The notes below the pieces were generated by a model that saw only the letters and a program-made list of their open reading frames with translations, was not told the DNA's origin and searched no databases. Below are positions 23,150-35,545 of a stretch of 64,000 nt of DNA, in pieces; position 1 is the first letter of the stretch, and every line of letters starts with the position of its first letter. Both the position numbers and the translations under genes were made by a program. The stretch lies in the NCBI GenBank assembly GCA_008369845.1, contig MRSU01010452.1:1-64000 (forward strand), in the 5' to 3' direction. The DNA comes from Trichomonas gallinae. Lineage: Eukaryota.

Positions 23150-24037
23150 TTAATCATTTTCATTTTGGTTAGGAGCTGTTTCACCTTCTTGTTCTTGAGA
23201 TTCAAGTTTTTGTTCCTGTGATTCGTTTTGATCTAGTTGATTATCGCCATCTGTGTTTAAAGGAACTGTTTCTCCATGTATTTCTGTTGTAGAAACTTCT
23301 TCTCCGTCTCTTGTAAATGGTTGAGAATCGCCTTGATATCCAGGCCTGTCCATAGGCTGTGGCTCGTAAAGTGGAAGATATTCTTGAACTTCTGGAATGT
23401 TTGCACGATCTTTACACTGGATTAATAAAGAATCTTTTTGCCACATGACGAAAAGAAGAGTTTGAACAGAACTTTTGCCAAGTTCTTCTGTAGCTCTTTC
23501 GAATTCATCAACAATATCTGGCATTGGATACCTTTTTTCGTTTCCATTAGATTCTTCAATGAGTCTTGCTTGTGGAGGTGGCGGAGGATTACCGCTCTTA
23601 TCTTTTGGATCCGGTGGAGGTGGGAAAAATCGTGCATATATTTGATGTAAAATATCTAAAAATCGATCTTTTGAAATTACTCCTCTTCTAAGTGTGTCTG
23701 CTGTCTTAAATAGTGTAAGTAACTCGTGCAAGAAGTATGGATAGATGATACAACATGGAAACGCAAGCAAGAAATTTCCGAACGGAATTCTATGCGACAT
23801 GATTGTTCCTGATGATATAGAAGGGTCAACACACTCGCATACAAAGACAATAAAGTTGTATGGAACATCAGCACAAACGAGTGAAATTATGGAATAAAAA
23901 TCATCGCAATTCAATCGTGTTTCTGATGGAAACTGTTCAAAGGCGGCAAGTATATCACGAGTGAATTTTATTTTTGTCTCCAATGACTGGAAAACGGTTG
24001 GAAATGTCCAATCAAATCCATGATTTTCTTCCCCCAT
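23150..24037 (-). CDS. Hypothetical protein, possibly C11orf49/CSTPP1-like, with an EF-hand-like segment
   Basis: DDFYSIISLVCADVP resembles the C11orf49 family; ADTLRRGVISKDRF is EF-hand-like. Confidence 0.5.
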   Translation of the reverse strand: MGEENHGFDWTFPTVFQSLETKIKFTRDILAAFEQFPSETRLNCDDFYSIISLVCADVPYNFIVFVCECVDPSISSGTIMSHRIPFGNFLLAFPCCIIYPYFLHELLTLFKTADTLRRGVISKDRFLDILHQIYARFFPPPPDPKDKSGNPPPPPQARLIEESNGNEKRYPMPDIVDEFERATEELGKSSVQTLLFVMWQKDSLLIQCKDRANIPEVQEYLPLYEPQPMDRPGYQGDSQPFTRDGEEVSTTEIHGETVPLNTDGDNQLDQNESQEQKLESQEQEGETAPNQNEND

Positions 24038-24546
24038 AATAATAAATAACGAATCTGTATTTTGACATGTAAAATGTCAAAATTATTTGGTAATTTTGTT
24101 CTTCAATCAATAAATTGTCTTTAAACTCAATCAAATACATATTAAGCATGCAAACATCTGAATGCTAAAACCATCAAAGAGGATATGATTATTAATTTGA
24201 TGTTTTAATATATGACCACAATATTGATTATTCATCATGAGCACTATTGAAATATTATTATATTGGTCAGTAGTATTATTAATGTTTATTTCACAAGATC
24301 TATTTTGTAACATAAAATTATTGACTTTTAAGTTGATCGTATTGTAATATAAATAACAATGATATTAGAATATTATAGAGTAGTATATAATAAATATAGC
24401 TGACATTGAAGGATTTTTTAGTGTTTTTATCAGTTCGATAAAAATCTATAAAATGTTTCGTTAAAAAGTGGAAGGATGCAATAGGTATAAGATAAACATT
24501 GATTTTAGTGTGATAGATGTACTCTATTTACTCTATGGAAAATTTA

Positions 24547-24888
24547 TTAAACAAGCTTTGGGATGAAATTGGTGCCTCCTAATGATGAAAGGCCTTTAAG
24601 AGATGATTTGCAAAGGAATGAGAACATGCAGCTGTCGCATTGACGGTTGCAATTTGCAGATGGATCTGTAGTTTGTCTTGTAGAGCCAGCAACTGTAGTG
24701 TTCCTCTCTGACCACTCATTGCGAACAAACCCGCCCATCGTTCCACTCTGCTGGTTCTGATTTCCAAATGTGTAAGAATTTCCCATATCTAAGTGGAAGA
24801 AGGCCGTGTCATCATCTGCATTGACAACAAAAGTTCCCTCGTATTCTTGCTCGTCGTTGTCCTTCTCGATGTCAGTGCGAATCATCAA
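24547..24888 (-). CDS. Small hypothetical protein with Cys cluster
   Basis: 113-aa ORF, GC above flanks, CNRQCDSCMFSFLC. Confidence 0.55.
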   Translation of the reverse strand: MMIRTDIEKDNDEQEYEGTFVVNADDDTAFFHLDMGNSYTFGNQNQQSGTMGGFVRNEWSERNTTVAGSTRQTTDPSANCNRQCDSCMFSFLCKSSLKGLSSLGGTNFIPKLV

Positions 24889-26430
24889 AGATAATAATGA
24901 AAATTTTCAATGGCCAATTGTATTTTTTCAATATAAATTGCTTTTAAACAGACCAACCAATCGAACCTCCCTACGATTTTGACCTCAAAAGGCGGATTCA
25001 CCTGACCCATTTTGGAAGGCTCATCAAAAAATCAAGTAATTCAGGATAAAACTTCGATTTTCTTGTTGAGTACAACTTGTATATGATAGTCCACTAAATT
25101 CTGTAGTCGCCAACCATAAGTAATTCATATTAAAGGGGGGTGATAAAAATAGCAGGGGAATAATTGAGTAGTTTACAAATTATTTTTATATCATTTGAAA
25201 AGGCTTCAGCAAAATGGAAATTAGTCCATAAATAACTAGCGCAATACTAATTATCCAAAATAACATGCGATTCGAAGTTATCCAAATGATATGGAGTCGT
25301 GAATTCAAACAAAGATTTTTTTTATAATTTGATCTGCCTCTGTCAGATTGCAATAAATCTTGTGGAAAGAGTTATAAAAACTAGTTTTGAAGTCTGCACG
25401 CTTCGTTTCGCACATTGTTTTTCCTTATGTTTCGATAATTATGACTCGATTCGCAAAAAAACACAGCATAATGGCATGAATCATTAATTGTCTGTGACTG
25501 CTGATTGAATGTAATATTAAATCAAGGATAAAATTAAATTTTGTTACAAAAAGATTAAAAATAAGCTGTCATCTGAAAAAATACGATAGACAATTTTCTC
25601 TCAAAATTGATTTTGACTCGAAAATCGCATATTTCATTTTATTGCAATGATATTGACCGATTGCAGCTGATGTGAAAAGGTGACAAAAAATGATCCCCTT
25701 CTATAAATGAATAATCATTCGAAGGTTAATATATTTAATTTTTTATGATAAAACATAAACATAAACAAATTTTGTTCGAACATTCAACTAAAATTCGGAT
25801 GCAAATGTCTTTAAAAAGAAGTGTAAAGTGGAAAATCAGTTTTAATTTTAATTTTTTTTATTCTCACCCTCAACAAATTTTTTTTAAAAAATTAGCTGTA
25901 ATGATTTTTCATCGATTAATGACTATAAAAATACAACTGATTGATAGGAAAGGAGATTTGCATGGCGAAAACATCAGGATTTGCCTTTTTGTCGGTTTGT
26001 CGATCAAATCACGAGCTATCGCTTTAATATGAATACGCAACGTGTTATTAGCCTGATGATGATTGTGATAACAAAAATTGACACTATTTTCAAAAATAGA
26101 ATTGGGAAGAAATTCCTAGCAAAGTGAAATCAATCCATACTCAATGTATATGTATATATTCCAAAATTTCAAGAATCTTTTTCAATTTTTGATTACTCGC
26201 TCTGCATTTTTTGCTTATTGCCATATTAAAAACTCACTGAGCATTTTTCGGAAAAATTTACATTGATGTAAAAAAATGAGTTTTGCGTGAAAATTGCGAG
26301 GTGAGACTCTAGATATTCCATAGTAGATATGAAAAACAATCTTTTCCGTTTTTATTTTTTGTATTTTTTTGAATTTTTTGAGAGAACTCACAGAAAATGT
26401 AAAACCGTCATCTGGGATTCAAACTCTTGA

Positions 26431-29400
26431 ATGGACGCAGTCCCGGTCCTGGACATTACAGACCCAGGCATCGATGAATTCGTTGAGTTTGACCCAGATG
26501 AGACCGAATTCGTCTACGACACACAACCTATTTATCATGAAATTTTTATGAAATATAACTTGACACATAACGAAATATCTTTATTTAACATCTGGTATAC
26601 AATCCACAAATTCCACCATTATATGATACACTCGCCGAATATACAGACAATTGATAGAGAAATATTTTTGCAAAATATCAAAATTTATGAATTATTATGC
26701 GACAAATTAGATATCTTCGCTTCCATTAAAGATAACTTATATACGACACTTCAAGAAATCACACTGACATCGATGGATTGTTTTGATAATTTTTATTTTG
26801 ATATATTTTTAACAGAATTTGAAAAGCATAGAACGATATTTAACAAGCAAGTACAAATTGTGAATCATTATCATCGTGTTTCTAAGCACCCACCACAAGT
26901 ATTTACGGAAGAATATCCAATTTTTCAAAAACAGAAGAGGATCATGGCAGCTCTCATGTCATTCTTGAAAGATGAAATGTTGCCACGATCTTGTAATAAG
27001 ATTATTCGCAAAATACAAAAGCTACGGGAATTATTTATTTTAATTATCGAAACATCTCCGATAGATGCGGATAAACTTAAGACTGCAGGAACATCAGCTT
27101 TTAATAGTATCATCACGCTTGTTCTCGACCTCAAAGGTATGCTTCTCGGCCGCCAACTCTTAAATATGTCATTACAATTCATCCCGCAGCCGAAAATCGA
27201 CGCCCAGAAGCGAAGCTTCATCAAGAAGGACGAGATCTTCAAGCAGCAGGTAGAGCTCGAGAAGAACTACATAGAACTAGCGGAGTCAAGGGGAACAGAA
27301 AGAATCGCGCAACAAAATTCCGAGGATCTTAAAATCTCCGAAAGTCTGTTCAACCAAATTTTAACTCTTGACAAAAATTCAGAGCTCATCCAACGCGCTG
27401 TGGAAATGCTGAAGCAGGGCATAGAGAACCAGGATATCAAACCTGACATCTCGAAAAACTCGTTTTTAGAAGTTCTTGACTCGCTCAGAAAATTTCTCAA
27501 AAAAATCAACTGCATTATGCCGGAAATAGAGTTGTATGAGATTAAAATAGCACTGGGACTCGCTTCTGCGACACTTACACAGGAAAAATCTGAAATAATT
27601 CATAAGTTTATCTCTTCAATTGATCAGTTTTACGGACCGATAACAAAAGTGTCTCAATTAGCCAATATACAGTCGATTTTCAAGCTTATCAAGGAAATTG
27701 ACGAATGCAACGAATTATGTGAATCGTTCGAAAAAGTTTTTATTCCGTTTCAAAGGATCATTGAAGTCATCGAGTTGACCAATGACCTCATTAGCCGCAA
27801 ACTTACTGGTATTAAATACACTCCATTAGCTTTAGATTTTGATAATGCAGAAAACTTAACGATTCCTGCTGAATTTCGAGAAAAGTTCAACAGCCTGTGC
27901 CAGTTTTTGCATGAGAATAATATCGATATTTCAAAAAACCAAAATTTCGAATTCGAAAATCTGACCATCCCGAATATTTACTCAATACTCAAGGACTTAA
28001 ATGGACTCCTATCCGAGCTTCCTTTTGCGCCAGAATTTGAGTTCGCTCACAAGTTTGTCGAGAATTTATTTGATACACAAAAAAATTTCAAATATTTTTT
28101 TCAAATAGAAATGGATTTCATCAGAGTGTCTAAATCAACGAGTATCCCGAATATCGATAAGATCCAAAATGACTTAAAATTAATCAGATGTTTAGATTCA
28201 ATATATTTTATGCTCGATAAGGTCCGCACTATATCGTATGAGATAGCTGTCCAGAACACATATTTAAGGCTTGGGTACATTGTTAATGATCAATGCGACC
28301 ACTTGAAAAATGTTTCATTAATTAAACCATTGAATCCCAAGCATCTTCAAGATATTATTTACAAACAGAGCCTGCTCAAGCTTGTTTTCCTCATGAAGAT
28401 ATATTGGCCAACGCTATTAGAACTTGAGGAATTGAATCAAACAAGACATTTATTTCGTTTGCTAGTTAAATGCCTTCAGGATAAGCAATTTGAGACACTA
28501 ATGCCACTATATGAATACTTTAATAGCAAGAATTCCGAAGATATTCCACAAAGTGAAAATATAATGGAATTATGTCTTAATTTGTTAATGATTTCCACGA
28601 GAATCAACTATGAGTATGGATGGATCAATGAAAAATATGCAAAACCAACTATTCATGATTTATTAGAATATTTTTATAATTTTAAGATTATTGAAAACAT
28701 TGATTCGATTTTCGACCCACTTGAAGAGTTTATAGTCAATCTCAATTCACCAAAGCTTTATAATAAGTTCACTTCATTGAAATATGGAAGTTCATCATCA
28801 CAGTCGCTCATTGAACTAGCGCTCTATGTAATTTCCGAACCCAATCTAACCTATGATATCAAGAAATTCGTTGAAACCCTTTCTCGCGTTGCAATTTTCG
28901 TATCCAACATTGAAGGTTTGGACTTTGCGGCAAGTTTAGTAGTTAGGCAGATCCAGTCGGACTTCATAAAGCCATATGCAGTAGCATCTTTCAACCTTAC
29001 CCGTTTCAGTTTCATGTTTTCTGATCTACTCTTTTATCTCAACACAGCAGGCATAATCAGCTCATCGGAGTCATACAAAACAATACAGATGGGAATACAA
29101 TTGAAGAACATTCATCCGCCAAACTTAGTTTTAGGGACAGAAGTTAAAGATATCCTGCAAAACATAAAAAACGCAGCCAATTTCATGTCCAACTTCTGCA
29201 CAAAGGACAATGCTGCAATTCAGCGCATGTTTAATGCCCTAAAGACTGCAATTAACTTCACAATTTCAAATTCTGAAGTTCCTCTTTGCTTTTTGTCTTC
29301 CATCCAGGAAAAACTATTTTCTGGTGAGAATGTAACCGATGACTGCGCAATTCTGCTCACTTATTTCGACAAAAACGATACAAATTATTCTCATATTCAA

Positions 29401-30108
29401 GCTTATGCTAACTGCATAAAAGCAATCCAAAGTGTTCTCATTATCATTGACCAGCTCGATAATTTTGACATGAATCTCGGTTATTGGAGATATGAATTAT
29501 ATGATATTCCAGTTCCTGTTAATCCAAAACGCCAAAATCTGAAGATAAACAGGCAGAGCATTGCTGTTCCTAAATATTGGGCACCAATCACGCTTCTTGA
29601 ACTGGAAGATCAAAGAAGATTAATCGATTCATTCGAAAAAGAGCAGGAAGAAAGAGATAATATAGCCCCACAGATAAAGGAGTATGATGAAATAGTCCAA
29701 AAACAGAAAGAAATCGAAAAAGAGTTCATTGATACACAACTCAATCGAATTTTTCTTGTTGATTCGATGAAGATGCAGGTAATAAAGACAGAGAACATAT
29801 CTAAACTAGAAAACCATCAAACCTTATCGAATTCCTTAGAATATCTTAATCAGGAGCGCAAGCTTTTAACTGATCATCTTATGCTTAGCGAATGCATGAG
29901 AAATTATATTGAGCGCGATTTTTCAAAATCTACGAAACAAATTCACGAAAATCGGATCTTGACGAATCCAATCGATACAAACACTTCATCTCAGTGTTCA
30001 GAGTGTGGATGTGAGGAATGTCATGTTGAACCTCATGAGAATTCAGTTTTGAACGAAGAATTGACGTCTTTTCTTGGGCATCTTGCAGTTCAACCTGATT
30101 CGGTGTGA
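26431..30108 (+). CDS. Large hypothetical protein
   Basis: 1225-aa uninterrupted ORF. Confidence 0.8.
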   Translation: MDAVPVLDITDPGIDEFVEFDPDETEFVYDTQPIYHEIFMKYNLTHNEISLFNIWYTIHKFHHYMIHSPNIQTIDREIFLQNIKIYELLCDKLDIFASIKDNLYTTLQEITLTSMDCFDNFYFDIFLTEFEKHRTIFNKQVQIVNHYHRVSKHPPQVFTEEYPIFQKQKRIMAALMSFLKDEMLPRSCNKIIRKIQKLRELFILIIETSPIDADKLKTAGTSAFNSIITLVLDLKGMLLGRQLLNMSLQFIPQPKIDAQKRSFIKKDEIFKQQVELEKNYIELAESRGTERIAQQNSEDLKISESLFNQILTLDKNSELIQRAVEMLKQGIENQDIKPDISKNSFLEVLDSLRKFLKKINCIMPEIELYEIKIALGLASATLTQEKSEIIHKFISSIDQFYGPITKVSQLANIQSIFKLIKEIDECNELCESFEKVFIPFQRIIEVIELTNDLISRKLTGIKYTPLALDFDNAENLTIPAEFREKFNSLCQFLHENNIDISKNQNFEFENLTIPNIYSILKDLNGLLSELPFAPEFEFAHKFVENLFDTQKNFKYFFQIEMDFIRVSKSTSIPNIDKIQNDLKLIRCLDSIYFMLDKVRTISYEIAVQNTYLRLGYIVNDQCDHLKNVSLIKPLNPKHLQDIIYKQSLLKLVFLMKIYWPTLLELEELNQTRHLFRLLVKCLQDKQFETLMPLYEYFNSKNSEDIPQSENIMELCLNLLMISTRINYEYGWINEKYAKPTIHDLLEYFYNFKIIENIDSIFDPLEEFIVNLNSPKLYNKFTSLKYGSSSSQSLIELALYVISEPNLTYDIKKFVETLSRVAIFVSNIEGLDFAASLVVRQIQSDFIKPYAVASFNLTRFSFMFSDLLFYLNTAGIISSSESYKTIQMGIQLKNIHPPNLVLGTEVKDILQNIKNAANFMSNFCTKDNAAIQRMFNALKTAINFTISNSEVPLCFLSSIQEKLFSGENVTDDCAILLTYFDKNDTNYSHIQAYANCIKAIQSVLIIIDQLDNFDMNLGYWRYELYDIPVPVNPKRQNLKINRQSIAVPKYWAPITLLELEDQRRLIDSFEKEQEERDNIAPQIKEYDEIVQKQKEIEKEFIDTQLNRIFLVDSMKMQVIKTENISKLENHQTLSNSLEYLNQERKLLTDHLMLSECMRNYIERDFSKSTKQIHENRILTNPIDTNTSSQCSECGCEECHVEPHENSVLNEELTSFLGHLAVQPDSV

Positions 30109-30482
30109 ACTAAATGTCCTTGCTATACAGTTAATAAATTGTTGTTATTTATTTTGTTTTAACATGTAAAGTTTATATTTTGTTCGATAAATCATCTATT
30201 TTTATTGAATTTATTCTATTAAAACATTCTATTATTGCAGTGTTGTTGGTCTATAAAGTCAAAGAATATAGTCTTCATTTGGAAAACACTTGCAAACTAA
30301 CATTAAGAATTTTTGACGATTAAAAATATTTACATGACAAAATAAATATAACATTTGCAATGTAAATTATTTTACAAAGCAAAAAATTAAAATAGAAAAA
30401 AGTGAATTTTACATGACAAAAGAATGATTTACATGACAGAAAATTTAGACAAAATTTATTATAAAAGTCGTGATCGAAAAAA

Positions 30483-31217
30483 ATGTTGAAGTTATTTGTT
30501 AATACAGCGAAAGGCATTTTCAGGTCGGCGTTCACATTTCCATCGAATGTGTTCTGGGTTGCCACGTTTGCGTCGCTTACTGGACAGTTATTCGGTGCAG
30601 GAATGTGTATCGCTAACGGCGACATCCTTGAAGGATTAATTCCAACAAAATCAACACTTTTGGCATCAGATTGGTTTCTTGCAATTATTATCATGGATTT
30701 AATTCAAATTGTTTCTCAGATCAGAATTCACTACATTATACAGAAATATTACAAGCACATGATTTACAATGCCGCTCCAAAAGCAAAGCTTCTCGCAACA
30801 AAATATCTCAAATACGAGCGAATCACTTTTGTTTTCATTGCGATTTCACATATTTTTATGCTATTTACAAATCCTGAAGGATTTCCTAAAGTTCACTATG
30901 TTTCTCTCTTGGTTTACTACGTTTCCTTCTGCATGTACAGCAAAATCATTGACAAATTAAATTATATCAAGAATGGCGAAATTTATCCAGTCGGATATGT
31001 CATTGACTACTTCCTTATACCATTCACAGCTATTTGCCTTCCATATACCATTTATTTGATGTGGACAGAGAAATATGGACTTGAATTCTTGTTTTTAGCA
31101 CTCATTAGTTTCATTATGTACTTCCTCGCAGATTTGAAGTATGTATTCTTCGCTCTAATGGTTCTTGGCGATAGATTCATTAGAATCGAAACAAGTGGAA
31201 TGGTTGACCTCACATAA
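30483..31217 (+). CDS. Multi-pass membrane protein
   Basis: 244 aa with about 6 hydrophobic segments. Confidence 0.75.
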   Translation: MLKLFVNTAKGIFRSAFTFPSNVFWVATFASLTGQLFGAGMCIANGDILEGLIPTKSTLLASDWFLAIIIMDLIQIVSQIRIHYIIQKYYKHMIYNAAPKAKLLATKYLKYERITFVFIAISHIFMLFTNPEGFPKVHYVSLLVYYVSFCMYSKIIDKLNYIKNGEIYPVGYVIDYFLIPFTAICLPYTIYLMWTEKYGLEFLFLALISFIMYFLADLKYVFFALMVLGDRFIRIETSGMVDLT

Positions 31218-31522
31218 TCTCTAAATACTGGCCGTATTGATTGTATGCTTAATATTAAAATGTTAAATTTAATTTTTTAATTTTCATAAATATTTGTCAA
31301 GTAAATTTGATTTTTGACGTGTAAAGCAAAATATTAGCTTGAAATAAGTTAAATATTCGGAATCTATTTGTATATAGATTCACTTTTTACCATATAACTA
31401 TAAATCTTTCTTTTCATTTAATTTATCAAAAATAATATCTTAAGTATCAAGTGACGGTATATAAAAATACCAGATATAGAATAGCTAAAAGTATGATTTA
31501 TATCATTTTTTCTTGAAGTCGA

Positions 31523-34435
31523 ATGCTTCCTCCAAGCAGGGGCGATCCAGCTGCTCCTGCTGCCATTCTGCAGGATGCACAAGACGATTTTCAGCAAATA
31601 GCAAAGGAAATGCATGTTCATTCTGACGATCCAATTGATAACGAGATTCCATATATTTATGAACAAGCGGCAGAGATCGTTAACACTATAATTGTATCTG
31701 TATCTGGTGTAAATTCAACAACTAGCAACTTAGAAATGGTCGCTGAGCTTGATTCGCAGTTTTTAATAATTGAAAAGCAATTTTTGAAGAGAATGGAAAA
31801 TTTAATGAATAAACTAGCATCAAAAGTCGAAGATCTACAAAATGAGCTAGAAACACACAATCTAGATTATAATAATGAATTATCACAATTACCAGGAATC
31901 TTTGAGAAGTCAATTGAGTCCATAAAAATAAAGCATCAGCAGCAAATAGAAGAAGCACAGAAAGAATTTGATAATAGACTGCATACTCATCAAGAAAGAC
32001 AAGCAATCATCACAAAAGACTACGAATACGACTATTTGCGCCAAGTAGAAGGCGCAGAAGCAGTATGGAAGCGCAAAATTAAAGAATTAGAGCTAGAATT
32101 TGAAAATTTAGAAAAAGATTTAAAAGCAAAAATAAACAAGAAACAGCAATTTACTCAACTGAAAAACGTTGAATTAGGACAAAAGGCAACAGAATATAGA
32201 CAAAAAGAGGCCGAATTCAAAGAAGATCTTAAAGATATGATTCGATTAAAGCAAAAAGAGCTCGAAAATCTTAAGAAAGAGCTAGAAACAGCAATAGAAC
32301 TGACAGAATTTGAAAACAACAACCTGAAGGAAATACAGAAACAGCAACATACCAAATTAAAGAAAAAAGAAGACGAATTAGTGAAAAAATATACTAAGGA
32401 ATACAACGATCAGATGTTTGTTCTCGATGAAGAGACGAGAAAATGCATCAAGATACAGCAGGATATAGACAATATTCAATTAGATCATGATTATCAAGTA
32501 AAAGAATCTCAAAAATCTACCGAACAGAAAATTCGCGACGCGCAAATCGAAACAAACAGAATCGTCATCACCAATGTTGCAGCTGTTACAGCCGAGTACC
32601 AGCCCAAGATACTCAGCTTAACGCAAGAGCTCCAAGTGCTCGAGCACCAGAGATCTGTTTCTTTAGAAGAACTGAGAAAAGCAAGTTTAGTAACAACAGA
32701 AGAATGCGAGCTAAAGATCATCGAGCTCAACAACAAGCACCAAAAGAAGCGCTCCAAGCTTCAGATGGTTCTCAGGAAGGAGAAGGATGAATTACAGTTG
32801 TTATTAGACAAAAGAGGAAAAACTATTGATGACTTGAAAACTGACTTCAACAAACAAATTTCGACTATGCAGGAAGAATTGAGATCAGGAGAAGAAAACC
32901 ACGCTAACAAAATCCGCAAGATCTTGGAGATGTACAAATACGAGAGAGAGCAGATAGAAAACAGGAGAATAAAGAATATGGAAACGCTCAATAAAAGACT
33001 GCAAGAAACGAAGCAAATTTTGAAGGAAGAACACGACCAAAGGATGACAGCAATCACATATAGAATGGACATGCAGCAGAAGATGGAGATGGAGAGAGCA
33101 TATGCACAAGGTGTAGCCGAAGCAAACGAGCAATGCGCGAAAGAACTCGCCGATATCAAAGAGAAAATTAAAACATATCAAAGCAGTATAATGGTCATCG
33201 AAAACGAAATGGAAGCATTGTACAAGAAACACGCAGAAGAGTACAAAGAATACAGTGACTTGAAAAACGCTGAATTTGAAGAAAGGAAACAATTAATCGA
33301 ATCTCAAAACGTTATAGAAATAAATGAGATGATTGCAACTCGCGATGGATTGAAGGAAAAAATCGAAATAATGAAAAAGAAAATAGAAAAGTTTGATAAA
33401 GAAACTAAAGATTACGAAAAGCACAAAATCATCAAACCAGAAGACCTGGCTATTGCTGGTGATCCAGTTTTCGCTGAGAAACTCCAGGAACAGCAAAACA
33501 TCATCGCGAAAGCGAAAAAGAGAGAGAAAGAATTAGAAAGAGAAATTAAACAAATGACAGTGAGATTTGAGACTGCGAAAGGAATAACAGATGATCTGCA
33601 GGCCGAACTCAACGAATTCAACAGACACTTCGACAGCGGAGTAGAAGAGAAACTGATAGATAGGAAATTCATACTCGAGAAAGAACTGAATGAAGTGAAA
33701 CAAAATCTCAATAAATTCTCAGACAAATGCGACAAAGAGAGACAAGACTTGGAAAAGCAGCTCGAGCTTATCATAGAGAAACATAAAAATGCTGAAGAAA
33801 GATATAAGAACGCTTTGGAATACAGCCAACTCGACACCGCGCAAAAACTGAAAGAAGCAGAAAAAGAGCCTCTAAAACGCTTCGAAGAGGAAGATGCAGA
33901 GATGGAAAGGAAGCATAAGGAAGATCTGGAGGCGATGCGCAGAAGGGTAGAAGAGCTGAAGCTCGAGCGCAAACAGAATCTCGACACATACAGAAAAGAA
34001 TATGAAGCTGATCTAGAAAATGCACAAAGCCAGTTTAAAGACGCAATGAAAAATCTCGAATCACAGCAGGAAGAAGCGCTCAGACAAGTATCATCGCTAT
34101 TGTCAAGATTGAACGAAGAGCGTGCTAAAGAATGCCCGTCGTGCAAAGCAAAGGAAGAAGAGTTAGCGAGAATAAAAGCGAAACGAGAAGAGTTGCAAGA
34201 AAATTTGGATGATATGATTAAACATTCACAAGTCAGCAGCCAAAAGATGACAAACGTGTTCAGCCAACAGCCAACCATCATAAAAAAGCAGCAGAGTTCA
34301 GGAAATCTTGCAGCTACACAACCAACCAAAAAATCTATTTCTACATTGGGAAGTAAGCCACAACAAGGTAGTAAAACTATAGCAAGGCCTAAGTCAGCGC
34401 GAAGAACATCACTTGCGCCTTCAACTCCGCGTTAA
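31523..34435 (+). CDS. Long coiled-coil protein
   Basis: 970-aa E/K/Q-rich heptad sequence. Confidence 0.85.
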   Translation: MLPPSRGDPAAPAAILQDAQDDFQQIAKEMHVHSDDPIDNEIPYIYEQAAEIVNTIIVSVSGVNSTTSNLEMVAELDSQFLIIEKQFLKRMENLMNKLASKVEDLQNELETHNLDYNNELSQLPGIFEKSIESIKIKHQQQIEEAQKEFDNRLHTHQERQAIITKDYEYDYLRQVEGAEAVWKRKIKELELEFENLEKDLKAKINKKQQFTQLKNVELGQKATEYRQKEAEFKEDLKDMIRLKQKELENLKKELETAIELTEFENNNLKEIQKQQHTKLKKKEDELVKKYTKEYNDQMFVLDEETRKCIKIQQDIDNIQLDHDYQVKESQKSTEQKIRDAQIETNRIVITNVAAVTAEYQPKILSLTQELQVLEHQRSVSLEELRKASLVTTEECELKIIELNNKHQKKRSKLQMVLRKEKDELQLLLDKRGKTIDDLKTDFNKQISTMQEELRSGEENHANKIRKILEMYKYEREQIENRRIKNMETLNKRLQETKQILKEEHDQRMTAITYRMDMQQKMEMERAYAQGVAEANEQCAKELADIKEKIKTYQSSIMVIENEMEALYKKHAEEYKEYSDLKNAEFEERKQLIESQNVIEINEMIATRDGLKEKIEIMKKKIEKFDKETKDYEKHKIIKPEDLAIAGDPVFAEKLQEQQNIIAKAKKREKELEREIKQMTVRFETAKGITDDLQAELNEFNRHFDSGVEEKLIDRKFILEKELNEVKQNLNKFSDKCDKERQDLEKQLELIIEKHKNAEERYKNALEYSQLDTAQKLKEAEKEPLKRFEEEDAEMERKHKEDLEAMRRRVEELKLERKQNLDTYRKEYEADLENAQSQFKDAMKNLESQQEEALRQVSSLLSRLNEERAKECPSCKAKEEELARIKAKREELQENLDDMIKHSQVSSQKMTNVFSQQPTIIKKQQSSGNLAATQPTKKSISTLGSKPQQGSKTIARPKSARRTSLAPSTPR

Positions 34436-34568
34436 TAAAAAATATATTATGTTTTGTTTTTTTATACAAAAGAATTCGTAGTTTTTCTATAATTTTATCG
34501 CGAGAAATAGCGATATATTTAATATTGGAGAAAATCTAAAGTCAAAATTAAATAAACAAACAAATATC

Positions 34569-34904
34569 TTACCATTTTCTTTGTTGGAAAAGCACTGGCT
34601 TTCGATCCTTTTCCTCCTTCGATTCTCCATGGCGCATCCTTGTTTTTGTTGGGCTATCGTCGACAAGTAAAGTATCGAGGTTCAAAACGTCTGGTAATAT
34701 AACGTAGCGGATTGAGGCACCACGTATTGTAAGATTTTCGAGCCTTTTTTCTTCTTGTCCTGGAGTTTTGATATGGACTAATCGTAAATGTGTATTCATC
34801 GCTGAATCAACGCCAACAACAGTTCCCTTTATAACTGTGTTGTCCTTGAGTTCAACCGTGACCGTTTCTCTGACGAGTTTTCGCAGAAAATGAACCAATT
34901 TCAT
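34569..34904 (-). CDS. SNRPD1: Small nuclear ribonucleoprotein Sm D1
   Basis: MKLVHFLRKL..ETVTVELK, MNTHL, IRGASIRYVILPDVLNLDTLL. Confidence 0.93.
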   Translation of the reverse strand: MKLVHFLRKLVRETVTVELKDNTVIKGTVVGVDSAMNTHLRLVHIKTPGQEEKRLENLTIRGASIRYVILPDVLNLDTLLVDDSPTKTRMRHGESKEEKDRKPVLFQQRKW

Positions 34905-35545
34905 TTATTTGTTATGTCAAAATATTGCTTTACATGTCATAATTATGTGATTTTTGTCATGTAAAATTTTGAATTTGCAATAATTTTGGATTTTAATGGA
35001 ATAAATAGATAGAAAATGAGAAATAATTATGATGGGATTATTTACTTTTACTAAAAAATGTTTTTTCATTGAAATTTTTGAAATATTATGAAAAATTATG
35101 CTAAAAAATTAAAAATCAAAACTATATTTACTAAAATAGACAAATTATCTATTGATTCAGTAGCAAATTAGGATTCTCTCATTTTCCATTAGAGCTTCTA
35201 TCTACATAATATGCCATCACGATTCAAATCATCAAGTTTTTACAGTGTTTTTCGATATTTCAACCATATATCTTCGCAGATAACAAGAGAATGAAAACAA
35301 TCTACAAAAATATTTAATTGATCCTGAAAATCAGACATAATGCTAGAATTAGAAATATTCAAAATGCTATGTTTGTAGAAATCAAAATCGAAATTTCAGT
35401 ATTTTCCCAAGAGAAACAATATTTAATCGATTATTTTACTTCCTTGCTACATCAAAACCATATATTCGAAAGATAGAAGGGAAATTCTAGAAAATTTAGT
35501 ACCACAAGAAAAAAATAAACGTTCGTTTTTTGTTAGAATTATAAA

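Noticed and set aside
24900..26400. Long intergenic region with GC-richer patches, possible ncRNA or TE relic
   Set aside because: I could not identify any RNA family, TIRs or transposase similarity by eye.
33412..34329. 305-aa antisense ORF and similar S/F/L-rich antisense ORFs
   Set aside because: These are shadows of E/K-rich coding sequence on the opposite strand.
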